Shown: one piece after another, positions 23,138 to 36,072 of the stretch
Numbering within the stretch: the first letter of the stretch is position 1
Layout: every line of letters starts with the position of its first letter
Assembly: GCF_000143415.4 (NCBI RefSeq)
Contig: NW_003314312.1
Location: forward strand, 1,045,510-1,109,509
Direction of reading: 5' to 3'
Length of the DNA stretch: 64,000 bases
Source: Selaginella moellendorffii
Lineage: Eukaryota > Plantae > Lycopodiophyta
Notes under the pieces: model-generated
Database searches by the model: none
What the model was told of the DNA's origin: nothing
What the model saw: only the letters and a program-made list of their open reading frames with translations
Program-made: the position numbers and the translations under genes

Positions 23138-25834
23138 ATGGAGCAGCGGGCCCATCAGCCGAGGGCAATCGGTGACTACATCACCAGCCAGGAGATTGGA
23201 GCAGGGTCTTTTGCGGTGGTGTGGAAGGCGCGGCACAAAATCACAGGGCATGAGGTCGCGATCAAGGAGATTGGCACTGAGAAGCTCAATAAGAAGCTCC
23301 AGGAGAGCCTCCTGTCGGAGATCTCCATCCTCAAGAAGGCGAATCATCCAAATATCATCCGCTTGCATGATATTGTCGAGGTACTGTTTGAGCGCTTGTG
23401 TGAGGGATTTTTCTTCCTTTTTCGCTGTGAGATCGCGAGTGAATGAATGGATGGATTCGCAGGCTCCCGATCGCATCTATCTAATTTTGGAGTACTGCGC
23501 TGGTGGAGATTTGGCTGGCTACATTCATCGCCATGGCAAAGTTGGTGAATCGGCTGCCAGGAATATCATGCAACAGCTTGGTATGTGGAAGAATTCCTAG
23601 TTCTAACGAGGGAATCTAAAGGTTTTGATGGATAGGTTCTGGCCTCCAAGTTCTTCGGAAGAACAACTTGATCCACAGAGACTTAAAGCCTCAGGTATGC
23701 TTTCAAGAGTCCAGTTCTTCGCCACTGTTTTACTTCTTTGATTGAGGACAGAACTTACTGCTATCAACAAACGATCACAATGCTGTTCTCAAGATTGCTG
23801 ACTTTGGATTTGCGCGGTATAGCTCTCCCTTCCTTGCTCCATGTTTCTATATCTTGTTTCTTTGCTTGCAGGTCACTGCAACCTCAAGGTATGGCGGAGA
23901 CGCTTTGTGGCTCACCTTTGTACATGGCTCCCGAGATCTTACATTGTCAAAAATATGATGCAAAGGTACGTGTCTATGTCGTGTAGAGGCTGCTTTGTTC
24001 ACCAGCCATTCCTTGTACAGGCTGACTTATGGAGCGTTGGGGCCATTCTCTATCAGCTTGTTCTCGGAAGGCCGCCATTTTCCGGAAATAATCATGTCCA
24101 GGTAGGTAAGCTATAATCCTTGAAGCAAAGTCTTGACTTTCGTTGTTTCTTCGTGTTATAGCTTTTGCAAAACATAACAAAGAATGAGGTCCAGTTCCCT
24201 CATGCAGCTCAGCTTCATCCTGATTGCATTGATATGTGCCGTAAATTGCTTCGACGGAATCCAGGTTGGCATCTCAATGTAGAATTTCTTTGCCTGACAC
24301 ACCTTTGTGTGTGTAGTTGAGCGTCTTTCGTTTGAGGAGTTCTTTAACCATCCCTTTATGAGGTAAGAAGTTAGTTGGATTTCCTCAAGTGCTTGAAATT
24401 TCTGTCTGTTCCCGTAGGCCAAGCTCGTTGAGGCCGTTTCATAAAGCCACTCATACGGACGTGGACTCCTTGGATTCTCATCAGGAAGATTGTTTCCCTT
24501 TCCTGATTGATGAGGAACCGCAAGGCACAATCGATATTCCTGTAAAGCAGCCACCGCAAACTCGAATCACAGGCGTGAAGCTATCAAATTCACCTCCTAA
24601 TCTGTTCAAGGAGCAAAGAGGCATTCCAGATCATGAAGAAACTGGGAAGGTTTATCATATGGCAGAGGCTGAGGCTTGCCAGGACGCTGAAGGATCCAGT
24701 TCTCCAAGAACAGGTGCTTATGTTTTTAATTTCCTTTCTCCAAGCTCATTGTTTTATCTTTCCCTTTCGTTTTTTTTTTTTTTCAGTGGTGGATTCAATG
24801 GAGTATATAGAGCGAGACTATGTGGTAGTAAAACGGTTCACTTCGCCAGAAGCACTGTCGCTAACATTCAGTGCCTCTCCGAATGACCAGCATGGAAGCA
24901 AAGGAGGATCACCTCATAAGAACTTTACAAAGTCTTCATCGCCAGTTCTACATGCTCCTCTTTCAGGTGGTGCTGGCAGTCGAGGTTCCACACCACCAGG
25001 TTTGTCTGAAGGATACCATCATCCTGATTCTGGCGACACGCTTGAAGCACCATCTCCTCACCCCGCAACGAGGATATCTGCGCTGCAGTGTTGTGCTCGC
25101 TTGGTGGCCGAGCTAGCCACAGATAAGGTTCGTTTATACTTGTTTTACTTTTTGGTGTGGAGCCCTTGGTTTTGCAGTTCAACTCTGGCCATCCTTTGGA
25201 ATCACTCTCTGTGCATTTGATATGCCTTGCGATTTGGAAGGAAGCGTTGCAAGTGTGCCATGCCTGGGCAGCACCGGCAACTGGTCCCCGAGGCTTGGGA
25301 ATGCCCAGAGATCAAGAAGGCGCTGCCACTTGCACGCAAGTAGAACACGAGTTTTCTCTCGCAGTTGATCGAGGTGATGGTTATGCTGCTCACTTGCGAA
25401 GCATGGACGGTAAGCGATCTAGACACTATATCTCGTTTTCATTCCAACTTACTCTTTCGATTCTCCAGGGAGCGTGGAGATGCCAGACGCAGTCGAGATC
25501 ATCTTCCAGGCAGCCCTGACAGTCGGCCGAGCTGGAGCGGTAAGCTCTCTCAAGTTTAAGTTTCTTCCAAAGATTTAGAGCTTTCTCTCACTCTCTCGCT
25601 TTCTCACAGGTGGAAGAGCTCATGGGAAACGTAGCAAACGCAAGCGTGGCTTATGGAAAAGCCGTGACTTTCCTCTACTTCCTACTCGTGGAGGGCCCTT
25701 GTTTGCAGCTAAATCCACCCCTGGCACTGACGCTCGCGGACAGGCAACGATTAAAACGCTACGCTGATATGATAAATGCGCGATTGAAAACGTGTACAGC
25801 ACAAAGGGACCTCCCACAAGCTGGGAGAAGTTAA
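23138..25834 (+). CDS. ATG1: Autophagy kinase ATG1 (multi-exon)
   Basis: IGAGSFAVVWKARH..LNKKLQESLLSEISIL, HRDLKPQN, DFGFAR, TLCGSPLYMAPE, the AIM-like ERDYVVV, and a C-terminal MIT-like region. Confidence 0.93.
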
Positions 25835-26096
25835 AAAGAGTGAAAGAACAAAGGAACAAATCACGGGCCACAGCACGGTGGTGGTAATGTATAGAGACGT
25901 ACTATGTAATGTAAATAGTAATAATCCACGATAAGCTAACGGCTTTGTTGTGAGCCGTTGAAATCTCAGATGTGGCATCGACGGTGGAGGGGCTATTTTT
26001 GGGGTGGGACGGGCTGACGTGCGGAAGACGGGCCGTCGTTGACGGACGTCACATAGACTTACGGCCGAGGGGAAAAACATTTTGGAGGTCTCGGCT

Positions 26097-29000
26097 ATGG
26101 CGGAGGACGCTGCCGAGAGGCGCATGGAGCGGCCGCTATTCGGTGTCTCGCCCCCGACGCCTACTGCGAGGTGAGCAATCGAAATCTTTCCTCCAATGTG
26201 TATCGCGGTGGCGCCGCGGCAGCGCCGTCGCTCGCCGTGATTCTGGCGCTGGCAGCTGTGCTGTGCGAGTAGCTTGCGAGGGGATGTGATCTTCGGGGTT
26301 GTAGGGGTTTAGCGGCATCGCATTGGATGGCCATTGCTCTAATTTCTCTCCTCCTTGCAGCTCCGCGGGTCCAACCCTTGCCGTCCAGGGAAATTATGCG
26401 AGCATAGATTGGCATGGCCTAGCCCAGAAGAGGCCAGCGATTTCAGGTACCAGTGCTGGGCCGCCTCGCCCTGCTGTTAGCACAAGCACCGCAGCCGTGT
26501 CTGGATCGAGCTCTCACAGGCACCTCTGTAGGCCATGGGACTGTGGGGATTTACTGAGGCGTCTATCCACGTTTAGAACCAGCAACTGGAATGCCCAGGT
26601 AAGGAGTTTAGTTTTTTTTTCTGTGCTTTCTCTTTGCTTTTCCTGTTCTTAGAATCCTTGACAGCTTGAGCATAGATAGATTTACTTGGCAAAGTTCTTA
26701 CTGCTCGAGGAAAAGCTAATACCCTCTGGTTTTGGGATTCCCTAGGTGATCGGTCCGGCCGTTTGCGCAAGGAAAGGCTGGGTCAATGTCGACGTTGATA
26801 TGATCGCGTGTGAGGGGTGTGACACGCATCTCAGCTTCGCATTACCATTGCAGACTGAAGGTACTAGCAATCAATTGTCAAACATGCTTGAATCGGCGCT
26901 TCGTACGTTGTAGTTGAAGCTGCCTCAGAATCGTTTCGGAAGCAGCTGGAAACCAGCCATCAGAGGTCTTGTCCATGGAAGGGGAATGCGTGCTCCGAGT
27001 CCCTGGCACAATTCCCAAGCTCTGCTATGGCTTTGATTGGTGGTTACAATGATCGGTGTGACGCGCTGCTTCAACTTCCTAGTCTTCCGGTTGTCTCAAC
27101 TTTTGCAGTTGATCAGATGAGGCTGTCCAGAGGTCCTCAGATTGAGCGCCTGCTTTCACTGCCTGCAATGCATTTCCCGGAAAGAAATGGAGCGGGACCA
27201 TTGACAGATGACTTTGTCAAGGTACAGTGGATAGTTTTTCTACAGTGTCCGGATTGTCACTAACAAATCATGGGCTTTCCATCTGCAGGCACAGAGGATC
27301 ATAAGCTTTTGTGGCTGGGAAGCTCGGTTGCTCCCACACGCTGGAGATCTTGAAGACTACTCAGCCCACTCTTCACGAAAGCCTAACAAGGCTTCTGCGT
27401 CCCTCAAGCGGGCGAAGCGGACCATGCCAAGATCTGATAAAGAAGGTGACAGCAGGGGAGCCAGACAGACCGCTTCGACGCTCTTGGAATGTGTCTACTG
27501 CGGAGCCAGCGTTCCTATTTTACGCTTTCAGACAGTTGCTCGTCCGGGTGGCGGAAGTACAGGTTCCGAGTATCCATCGTCGGACAACAAAAGTCTTCCC
27601 CTAGTTCGAGGAGCCAGCGCAGCGAGTAGCATCGACATTCACAAGAGAAGGCAGCGGTTGGAAGGTGGTGAAGCTGGCGAAGCGACAGAGCAGAAGCCAC
27701 CATCGCTGACTATCACAGCAGCAAGGGCCTCGCCAACCAACTTGAATGTCACTCCTGTAGCACGACCAGAACAGCAGCCGGAGGGAAGTGAGATGGGAGA
27801 TTGCGGTGTAGCATCTTACGAGTCGAGAGGGCCACGGGATGATCACCAGGGAACAGCAGCTCAGGGTGACAGTTCCACGTACGTGCCACAGCTCAGGGCT
27901 GAGAGCGCTGGGGGTACGAATGGAGATTTTGACAATGAAGACGAGGGAAAGAACGCTGCCGAATCCTCAAAACGCAAGCGCGTGCCAGAGAGCCTAGCAG
28001 CTGATCAGCACTCTCTTGGAATGGCTGTCAGTGGCAACGCTGCTACGTGCGAGCAGGAAGGCGAGACTGAAGACCGGAAGAACAAGAAGGTCTGCATTGG
28101 GCCGGCAACCGCCATTGAACGGACTGTTAGCCTTGAAGTCCCTGACAACACTTACAACAGGAGTGCGAGAAGCTTGCCAGTACGTCAGGAGAACCTGCGA
28201 AGAAGAGTCACCAGAGAGTATCCATGCTCGTCGTCCGTGAATGCCATAGATACCTGCTTCCAGAACAAGATGGAAGACTCTATGGACAGCGTGGAGTTCG
28301 CTCCCCAGGATGATGCCCAGCAGCACACTGCTGCAAGTGGATATACAGAGAACGAGTGGCTGTTTGACGAGCCCAACAGTACTGTTCAAGGACAACAGAG
28401 CAACTCTTATGCGCCGGCGGCTATCCAAGAACAGGCGACCGGGGAAACTAATGCTGCTGTTATCAGCACTGGCACTGCTACTGGATGCGGTGGAAGCGTC
28501 GGTATGGCAGGCATTCGACTCGGCAGTCAGAGGGTTCAGAGCAACGAGGCTGATATTCAAGGAGCGGAGTTATCTGAACTTCAGACCGAGAGTGTCGCGG
28601 GAGAACCAGCTGACGCCGTGGTAGACGCAGTAGTGGATCAAGGTGACCCTGGCCTCGTTTGCGACTCAACGCCTCTAACAGCAGCCCAGGACTGTGCCGG
28701 TGGTGGGGACGAGTCCGGGGAAAGTGGCTCCAAAGCGAGCCTAAGGCCACGCAATGGGTTTTCAGAAGAGCGAACCATAGACACGACAAATGCCGTGGTG
28801 ACTGGGTGCTCCATAGGAACGATAGCGAAAGAGATGACGGAGGGGTCCGTGGAGGTGGCAGCAGTCGGTGATAACGTTCGAGCCGTCAATGTTAACAGTG
28901 CTCCAACAGGTACTTCCCATTTCCTTTGATTGACTGACTTGTTTCTGAATGGAAACTCTGGAACAGTGAAAGAAGCCGAAGACACGCTTTTCGATCCGAT

Positions 29001-29329
29001 TCGTTGCCATCGGAGCTTCTGTCCTTGGGTGAACGGCCTCGTTTTATCGGCTGCGAATGGCACGTTTGGCCCGGGGCCTGTTTACTGCGGGTGGCAGCTA
29101 ACTGTGGATGCCTTGGATGCTTTTCACCAGCAGGAGAACGCCTCTGCCGGAGTGACCGAGTCGGAATCTACAGCCTCGATGTGCAAGGTAAAGAAGAATG
29201 AAAAGTTGCTGCTCGTGAGATTACTTACTCTGGATGGTTTTGTTTCAGGATGATGGCCGTGGACGAATTTTTGCTCAGGGAAGCTCATCGCAGCCTTGCA
29301 ACGGGAGTAGCAGGCTGGAGCCCAATTGA
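26097..29329 (+). CDS. C3HC zinc-finger protein, NIPA/ZC3HC1-like (multi-exon)
   Basis: CRPWDCGDLLRRLSTF, CARKGWVN..CEGC..H..CPWKGN, and C-terminal FDPIRCHRSFCPWVN..CGWQLT. Confidence 0.88.
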
Positions 29330-29526
29330 TGGCTTGAAGTTATGAATCACACTAAGTGGTAACTCTCTTACCAGTAAAGTTCCATTGGATCATTATCTAC
29401 TTTTTAGAAGAGCATTGGTGCTGATTGTTCATACATGTAGTTGATTTGTTTTTAACACACTTGATTGAGGAGAGCAACTACTGCATCACAAACAAACATT
29501 CTTTCTTTTACTAGCACAGAGACAGA

Positions 29527-30625
29527 CTAGAGTTTGGCAGTAGCAGTTTCCAAGCGAGCATTGACAGTGTCCCAGTTGACAAGCTCTCTCAGGAACGTCT
29601 CCACGTAATCTGGGCGGCGGTTCTGTAATCAAATCATGGTCAGCTTCTTACTTTGATCGGTTGTTGCTAAAGCTAACCTGGAAATCCAGATAGTACGCGT
29701 GCTGGAGAAAAAAGAAGATGATAAGAAACGAAGAAACGAAGAGAAAGCTTACCTCCCAGACGTCGAGGACGAGCAGTGGCTGCAAGTCACGGCCATTAGA
29801 TCTGGACAAGATCGAGAGAGGGAGGGAAAGATAGCAAACTTACAGTCTCTCCGGACACGAGTGGATTCACCGCGTTGGCTGTTTTCTGGACGATCAGCTT
29901 CCCGTCCTTGACTGCAAGCAAGAGGGACGAAACTGTTTGCGTGGAGGAGAAAGAAGATCGAGCTTACGGGAGAGCCAGGCCCATCCGGATCCAAACTGTG
30001 TAGTGGCGGCGGCTTTAAACTCCTTGACGAAGTTGTCGTAGGAGCCGAGGTCCCGGTTGATCAAGCCGGAGATATCGCCACTGGGAGCCTTGCCCCCTTT
30101 GGCTGTCATGGAGTGGAAGAAGAAGTCGTGGTTCCATGCCTGCCAAAGAGAGAATTGTGAGAGATCTCAATGGAGAAAGAACAAAGCCATAGACCTGCGC
30201 GGCATTGTTGAAAGCTGGCTGGGCGTTTCCACCGCCATAAGTTTTGGTGATGATGTCTTCCAGCTTGAGGCTCTCGAGCTCCGTCCCAGAGATTTGCTTG
30301 TTGAGGTTGTCAATGTATGCGCGCTGGTGCTTCCCCCAGTGGAACTCCAGCGTCGTCTTGCTCATGAATGGCTCCAGCGCATTCTAGAACACACAGTCGA
30401 GAAAAGAAAGGAGGAAATCCAATCGATCGCAATCGCGCAGCGCGTTACCATCTCGTAGGGGAGCGGCGGGAGCTCGAATTTGGCAACCACGGCAGACATT
30501 CTTCCCGACGATCTCGCCCTCCTGCTCCTCACTGCGATCGCTCTCCCTGTGATCGATCCTAGCGATGGCGATGGCGGCGAGCGCGTGTATGGCACAAGCC
30601 CTAGGCCTATCGCTGCCTGCGCCAT
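29527..30625 (-). CDS. FSD: Iron superoxide dismutase, probably plastid-targeted (spliced)
   Basis: Transit-peptide-like N-terminus, [64 protein letters not shown]. Confidence 0.95.
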
Positions 30626-30858
30626 ATCTTCCACGAGCAATGTACTACCTATGTACTAGCAAGAAATTTTCTATATACACACACAGCGTACTTCAAAAAT
30701 GGTAGTACTACTTCTATCCAACGGCTGCAAATAGACGGCAGCGATGTGCCCTAAATTTAAGCCCTTTCTTTAAAACTGGATAGCATATTCGCATCTCGTG
30801 CCTTTTACTAGGGTTCTTGGTGTGGGCAAAAGGGTAAATTGCTAGTTAGGGTTCCGCG

Positions 30859-31487
30859 ATGCCGGGAGGGAACGTCGATGCGACTCTGTATGTGAGTAAG
30901 TGAAGCGCTGGGCATTGGAAGATGGTCTCTAAGATTTGCTTTTGTAGGTAATCTGGATGATCGAGTGGACGAGCGAGTGCTGTATGATATAATGGTGCAA
31001 GCGGGACCTCTGGTAGAAGTTTACATTCCCAGAGATAAAGAGACTAAACGCCACAGAGGGTATGGATTTGCAGAGTATGAGAGTGAGGAGAGCGCAAGCT
31101 ACGCGCTCAGGCTTTTCTCTGGGCTCGTCACACTGCACAACCGGCCTGTGAATTTCGCGGTATGGGAAAAGAGGATATTTTTTTGGTTCCTCGATTGACG
31201 AATTACTTGCAGTTCTCTGGGGGTGCGAAGAAAGTACCGCAGCAGCAGCAGCAGCAGCAACAATCAAGCTTGTTCGATCCAACACTGGATCAAACACCTC
31301 CCAGCAGCAAGTTTGAGAGATTTCTATCGGCTTCTTCGTCGTCGGACAGAGGTTTGTTTGGTGAAATGGTCTTGAGTGTGTCTAATCGTTTTGGTTTCTA
31401 GAGTCGTATTATTCAGGCCAGCACCGCTCCTCGCGTTATAGTTCCCGAGTTGCGATGCTTGTCCAAAGAACTAACCACGGGCGCTAG
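30859..31487 (+). CDS. Single-RRM RNA-binding protein, RBM7-like (spliced)
   Basis: TLYVGNLDDRVDERVLYDIMVQAGPLVEVYIPRDKETKRHRGYGFAEY, followed by a poly-Q tail. Confidence 0.85.
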
Positions 31488-31639
31488 TAACTATAATGAA
31501 TGTTATGTTAGTACCATTGACTTCCAACACTTAGTCTGCATATCAACCACAACGTAAATACTTCTCACCTCAAAATTACATTGTAAAGGACAATCTTCTT
31601 ACTCTTGGAAATATTGCCAGTGGAAATACTAAGTCATGA

Positions 31640-32736
31640 ACTTTACAACTTCTGTCGGAGAGAGCAATTGACAAAGTCGTGAATAGTTCCAGAAAGCTTT
31701 TGGTCAAACAGCGCGTACTTCTTTCTCGAGACTCGTCCACTCTTGATGGCCAAGTTTCAATCCAAGCTTCACGACGAAGGTGAAGAAGCTCATACAAGCA
31801 ATCAAAAGGGACATCTTTCCATTTCCAGATCCGAAAGTTATCATGGAATCTTCTTCCTCGTTTATCGTTCTCAATTCCAGCGACGAGCCGGGCTTGTTTG
31901 TGTTCAACACCAACAAGGAGGAGTGGAGCGAATGGCCAATGTGCCACACTCACAACCAGTCGGAGCTCTCTTGCCCCTGTTCTCGCTTGCTCTGCTTCAC
32001 CAATGGCTCAGGCATCCATGTCCATCACACACAAACAAACCAGCGGGAGGAGCTAGCAAACATTACCGGTTGTATCAGGGAGGGCTACTTCAATATCTGG
32101 CACTGCTCCTTGTCCCCGGATAATCAGAGCTTGGAGCAAGTGGTATACAACGAAGCAAAGCGCGAGGTGATTCTTTACGACTCGGGCGATGGAGCTCTAG
32201 AGGCTCACAAGAGCAAACTCGATAGCAAGGAGTTGGAGCTCTTGAGCGATGTCTGTCTTGATCGGAACAACAACAAAGCCTACCTTCTCTACTGTTGTGG
32301 CGAGTTGGCCACTTACGATCTAGAAAGCCACGAGTTGTCCTTCTACAAGTTGGAGATCCTGGAAAGTTATGTCTCCGATGCTTCTCTCGACTTAAACACA
32401 TCAGTGGTGGCGTGCAAGAACAACGCATTCATGGTGGGCTATCTGCTAGTGGAATGTGATGAATACGATCACGTTGGTATATGGAAGCTTGACATGGAGG
32501 GCAAGAGATGGGAGCTTGTTTCTAAAGTTCCACACTCCGATGGGTACGTAGAAGATGAGGAGGGCAACGGGAGTTATGACGAGGATGTGATAGCGTACCG
32601 GATTACTCGTTGCTGCAGCAATGGAGTTGACAAGATCTGGATTGCCATTGACAAGTGTGAGTTCATGTGGATGTATAGTGTGGATGCCGACACATGGAGA
32701 AAGCTTCCAAGCTATTCACAGGCTAAAAAGGCTTGA
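31640..32736 (+). pseudogene. F-box-associated (kelch/FBA-like) gene with disrupted N-terminus and altered C-terminus
   Basis: 318-aa ORF with GIWKLDMEGKRWELVSKVP and MYSVDADTWRKLP. An in-frame TGA at 31744 falls in an F-box-like RLVHS*W segment. A paralogous relic lies at 49017-49292. Confidence 0.6.
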
Positions 32737-32782
32737 CGCCACAGAGGGTTGCAGAGTATGAGAGTGAGGAGAGCGCAAAGCT

Positions 32783-33827
32783 TGTGGTATGCCACGTGGC
32801 ACTTAGGGGGTTTCATTTCTCGATTGTGGTAGCGGAGCAACCACAGCAATGCTGCAAAGATGAGGTAGAGAGCCCAAGGAGAATCTCCAATAGGATCAGG
32901 ATTAGGAGATTGTCTGTGATCTAGACAAGGGGTTAAATATGTATTTAAGATATGCTAAAAGAGTATTATCATTTTGTATTGATATACTTAAGGTCATTAT
33001 AAATATGGGTCAAAACTCATTTACTAACTCTTACAGAGAATCAAGGTGCTAAATAATTGTTGCAAGAGAATGGAAAAGAAATTACTCCTTTGACTTATGA
33101 ATCTTTTATTAAAAAAATTGCAATGCTTCCCATCGAAGTACTTCACTCCAGATGCACTGATCGCCACCAAGGAATCCTCGGTGTTGAGGACTCCGAGGAA
33201 GAAAGGTTCCTGAGCTGGCTCAATGAGCAGCCTGTGGAGTCCGTGCTCTACGTCTCGTTTGGAAGCTTTTCACTCTTGACTCCGCGGCAAATTTCCGAGC
33301 TTGCTCTCGGGCTGGAGGCCAGTCAGCAGCGTTTCCTCTGGGTGGTGCCCGTAAAGAACAAGTCGATGGAGGAGCTCGAGGCTCTACTTCCAGAGGGATT
33401 TCTAAAACGCACCGAGGAGCGAGGCCTTGTGCTGCCTGGCTGGGCACCGCAGCATCTTATACTCGCCCACTCGTCGCTGGGAGGATTTATCATGCACTGC
33501 GGCTGGAACTCGACACTGGAAGCTATAACTCTAGCTGGAGTGCCGGTGATCGGGTGGCCTTTCCTTGGAGACCAGGCCCCAAACTGCCGATATCTGGTCG
33601 ATGGCCTCTGCATTGGAGTGGAAGTTATCGGCAATGATAATGGATTAGTGGAGAGCGACGAGGTGGAACGAGCTGTGAGGGAGATTATGGACAGTCCTTG
33701 GGTGGAAGGGATGAAAAGCCGAGTGAAGGATCTCAAAGCCGCGGCAAGTAGAGCTGTGGCTCAAGGTGGAAGCTCTCAAAAAAACTTTGATGTATTTGTT
33801 GCAAGAATTAAGTCACTGGGGGTTTGA
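32783..33827 (+). pseudogene. UDP-glycosyltransferase pseudogene (N-terminal remnant plus intact C-terminal half)
   Basis: PSPG box WAPQHLILAHSSLGGFIMHCGWNSTLEAI..WPFLGDQ and WLNEQPVESVLYVSFGS. An N-terminal-like remnant CHVALRGFHFSIVV lies at ~32790. The middle of the gene is missing and replaced by AT-rich DNA. Confidence 0.85.
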
Positions 33828-34499
33828 AAATACTAGAGGATTTTTTAAGGAAGAATCTACTTTATTTTGTAACCAATATAATAAATGTTTTGCATACTAT
33901 TTGATAGATATTATGTTTCTATGTTCTTTTCCAATATCAATGGATTTTTTGTATAAAGATACTTTTGGTATCTCAAAAGAGATAAGAAGTGTACATGCTT
34001 CAAATTGTAGTGCATGCATGTAATAGGACATTTCATATATTGTTAACCCCTGATCTAGAGATTATCAGGTCTTAGAGTTTAAGAGATGCTTCCTTCTGTT
34101 TTAATACCTTGTGTTTCTTGGCATTAGATGTGGAAGGTAATCCAGTTTATTAATGATTGGTTTCAAATGCTTTTGCGGGCAATATTAGAAATGACTTTGA
34201 TTCACTATTAATTTGCTCTCTATGGAATTTGAAGTTCTTATTATGAGTATAGTTCCTTTTTAAGTTTGTTTCAAATTTGTGTCATTGAAATGTTTCTTTC
34301 CAAATTTACTAGAAAATGTAGAGAAAGAGGAGGAAGATGGCCTTCTATCCAATTTTAGTGACTCGGATTGTGTTTTATATGTGGATAGCAACAATGATGT
34401 TCTCCTAGTGGTTTGATTAGTTTCCAACTTCCTAGATTCAATTCATTTGCATGTTTCTAAGTCTTTCATCAGTTTTTTGCGATTGAGGGGATTTGGTAG

Positions 34500-34871
34500 T
34501 CAAGCCACATTTGGCACTTGGATGCACCTAAAGATCCTCGAGACTAAGACTACAACTTACCTCACATGCTACCTTAGAATTTCCAAATCAACACTGTACA
34601 AATATGTATGGCTTGTCAATCAAAATTGGAGAGGTGTATACTACAAGGTACCACATAAAAAAGTATTTCATCACATCCGAACTAACAATGCCATGAATCA
34701 AGGTGGCACAAATTGGGGGATTATCAATTCTTGATTTAATTGTTGAATTGAAAGATAATAGTTTAGCTGACACCAAATTCATGACACCTTAGCCACTCAC
34801 AACCTAACTAGGCTACAACAAAGGCACTTAACAAGGATTTGACAATGGATTTACAAGAATTAAGAGGGTTA
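34500..34871 (+). pseudogene. 5' part of decayed integrase-type DDE transposase (HTH plus pre-catalytic region)
   Basis: One frame with stops: TTYLTCYLRISKSTLYKYV (HTH-like)..GGTNWG..FS*HQIHDTLATHNLTRLQQRHLTRI*QWIYKN*E, ending at the LTR edge. Confidence 0.65.
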
Positions 34872-36013
34872 TGTAAGGAATCAACTCTCCAAGATGTCGT
34901 AGGCTAAAGGATCCCCGAAAGCATGACCAAAATGACAAAGAGTTCATCGGATGGGACCAAGTCGAAGATCGAGTCCAAGACCAACTCTAAAACTGAGTTC
35001 GAGATAGAGTTCGAGATCGAGCCCAAGGCCGAATTGGAGACCGAGTTCGAGACCGAGTTCGAGACCGAGTTCAAGATCCAAATTGGGTCCGAGGTCGAGT
35101 CTGAAGTCGGGTCCGAGATTGGGTCCGAGATCGAGTCCGAGATCGAGTCCGAGACCGAGTCCGAGACCGAGTCCGAAGTCGGTTCCGAGATCAAGTCCAA
35201 GATCGAGTCCGAGACCGAGTCCGAGTACTAATACGGGTCAAGGGGTGAAAGCCCAAAGCATGCGTCTCCTAGGGGGGGGTGCAAGGGGTTCCAAAAGTAT
35301 AGTAGGGATAGTGAGGTCCAGGAACCAATTTTGAAAGAACTCTCCAATGGTGCTTCCAAACTGGCTTGAGGTTGAGATTGGGGCTGAGGGGCCTTGGGTG
35401 GGAGTGAGCAAGGACTTGGGTGCTGTCAGAGGGGCCACCCTAGGAAGTGCTCAAGAGCAGCTCCCACTCCCGAAAGGGAAACCAACTGCGGTGCTCCCGG
35501 CTCATGTGGAGTGGTGCCCCACTTGAGTACCATGCAGCTCATTGGTCCTCGCCCTTCCTAGGGGCTTGGGCCTTCCTTCGGGATGGAAGTGGGGGGGTAG
35601 AGGTACCCATACCGAGCCGTTAGGCCACGGTGTTTCGCCCCGGCATCCCGAAGTAAGTGTTGCACCCAAGACTTGGGATTTAGAGGGTCCCATGATCAAG
35701 TCTTGTGGTACCAAGGGGTGTTAGGAACCTGGAGGCTTGGTGTGCTTGGCTGCTTGTGCCTATGGGGAGTGTAGCCGAACCTTAAGTCCAGTCTAACCTG
35801 GGGAGGGGGATTGGGAGAGATTTGGGAATCCGTGGATGGGTGGCTAACGCTCCGTTGCTCGTGCAGTGAGTAGCTGAAACCAAGTAGGACTATGTAGGAG
35901 CTGGTACCATAGGAGGGAACCTTGGCGAGGGAACTTAGCAAAAACCAAGGCAGTGTTGGACGGATAGACGAGGTAAGTTGGCAAATTGGAAAAAGAAAAA
36001 TTTATGGCTTACA
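34872..36013 (+). repeat. 5' LTR
   Basis: Starts tgtaagg, ends ggcttaca, is followed by the PBS, and closely matches 38561-39693. Confidence 0.95.
34955..35226 (+). repeat. 12-bp tandem array (gagtccgagacc/gatc) inside the LTR; second copy ~38632-38892
   Basis: About 22 degenerate 12-mers. They generate spurious ESEI/SPRS repeat ORFs. Confidence 0.9.
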
Positions 36014-36016
36014 ATT

Positions 36017-36029
36017 TGGTATCAGAGCC
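36017..36029 (+). promoter_or_regulatory. Primer binding site complementary to initiator tRNA-Met
   Basis: tggtatcagagcc, 3 nt after the LTR terminal CA. Confidence 0.93.
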
Positions 36030-36072
36030 TTTTCCTCGGTTCTAACGAAGGATAAAAGCGGATTGCTGGGAG

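Noticed and set aside
34904-35334. ORFs with ESEI, SDSI and SPRS repeats (also 38737-38982 and 56558-57132)
   Set aside because: These are translation artefacts of the 12-bp LTR tandem array.
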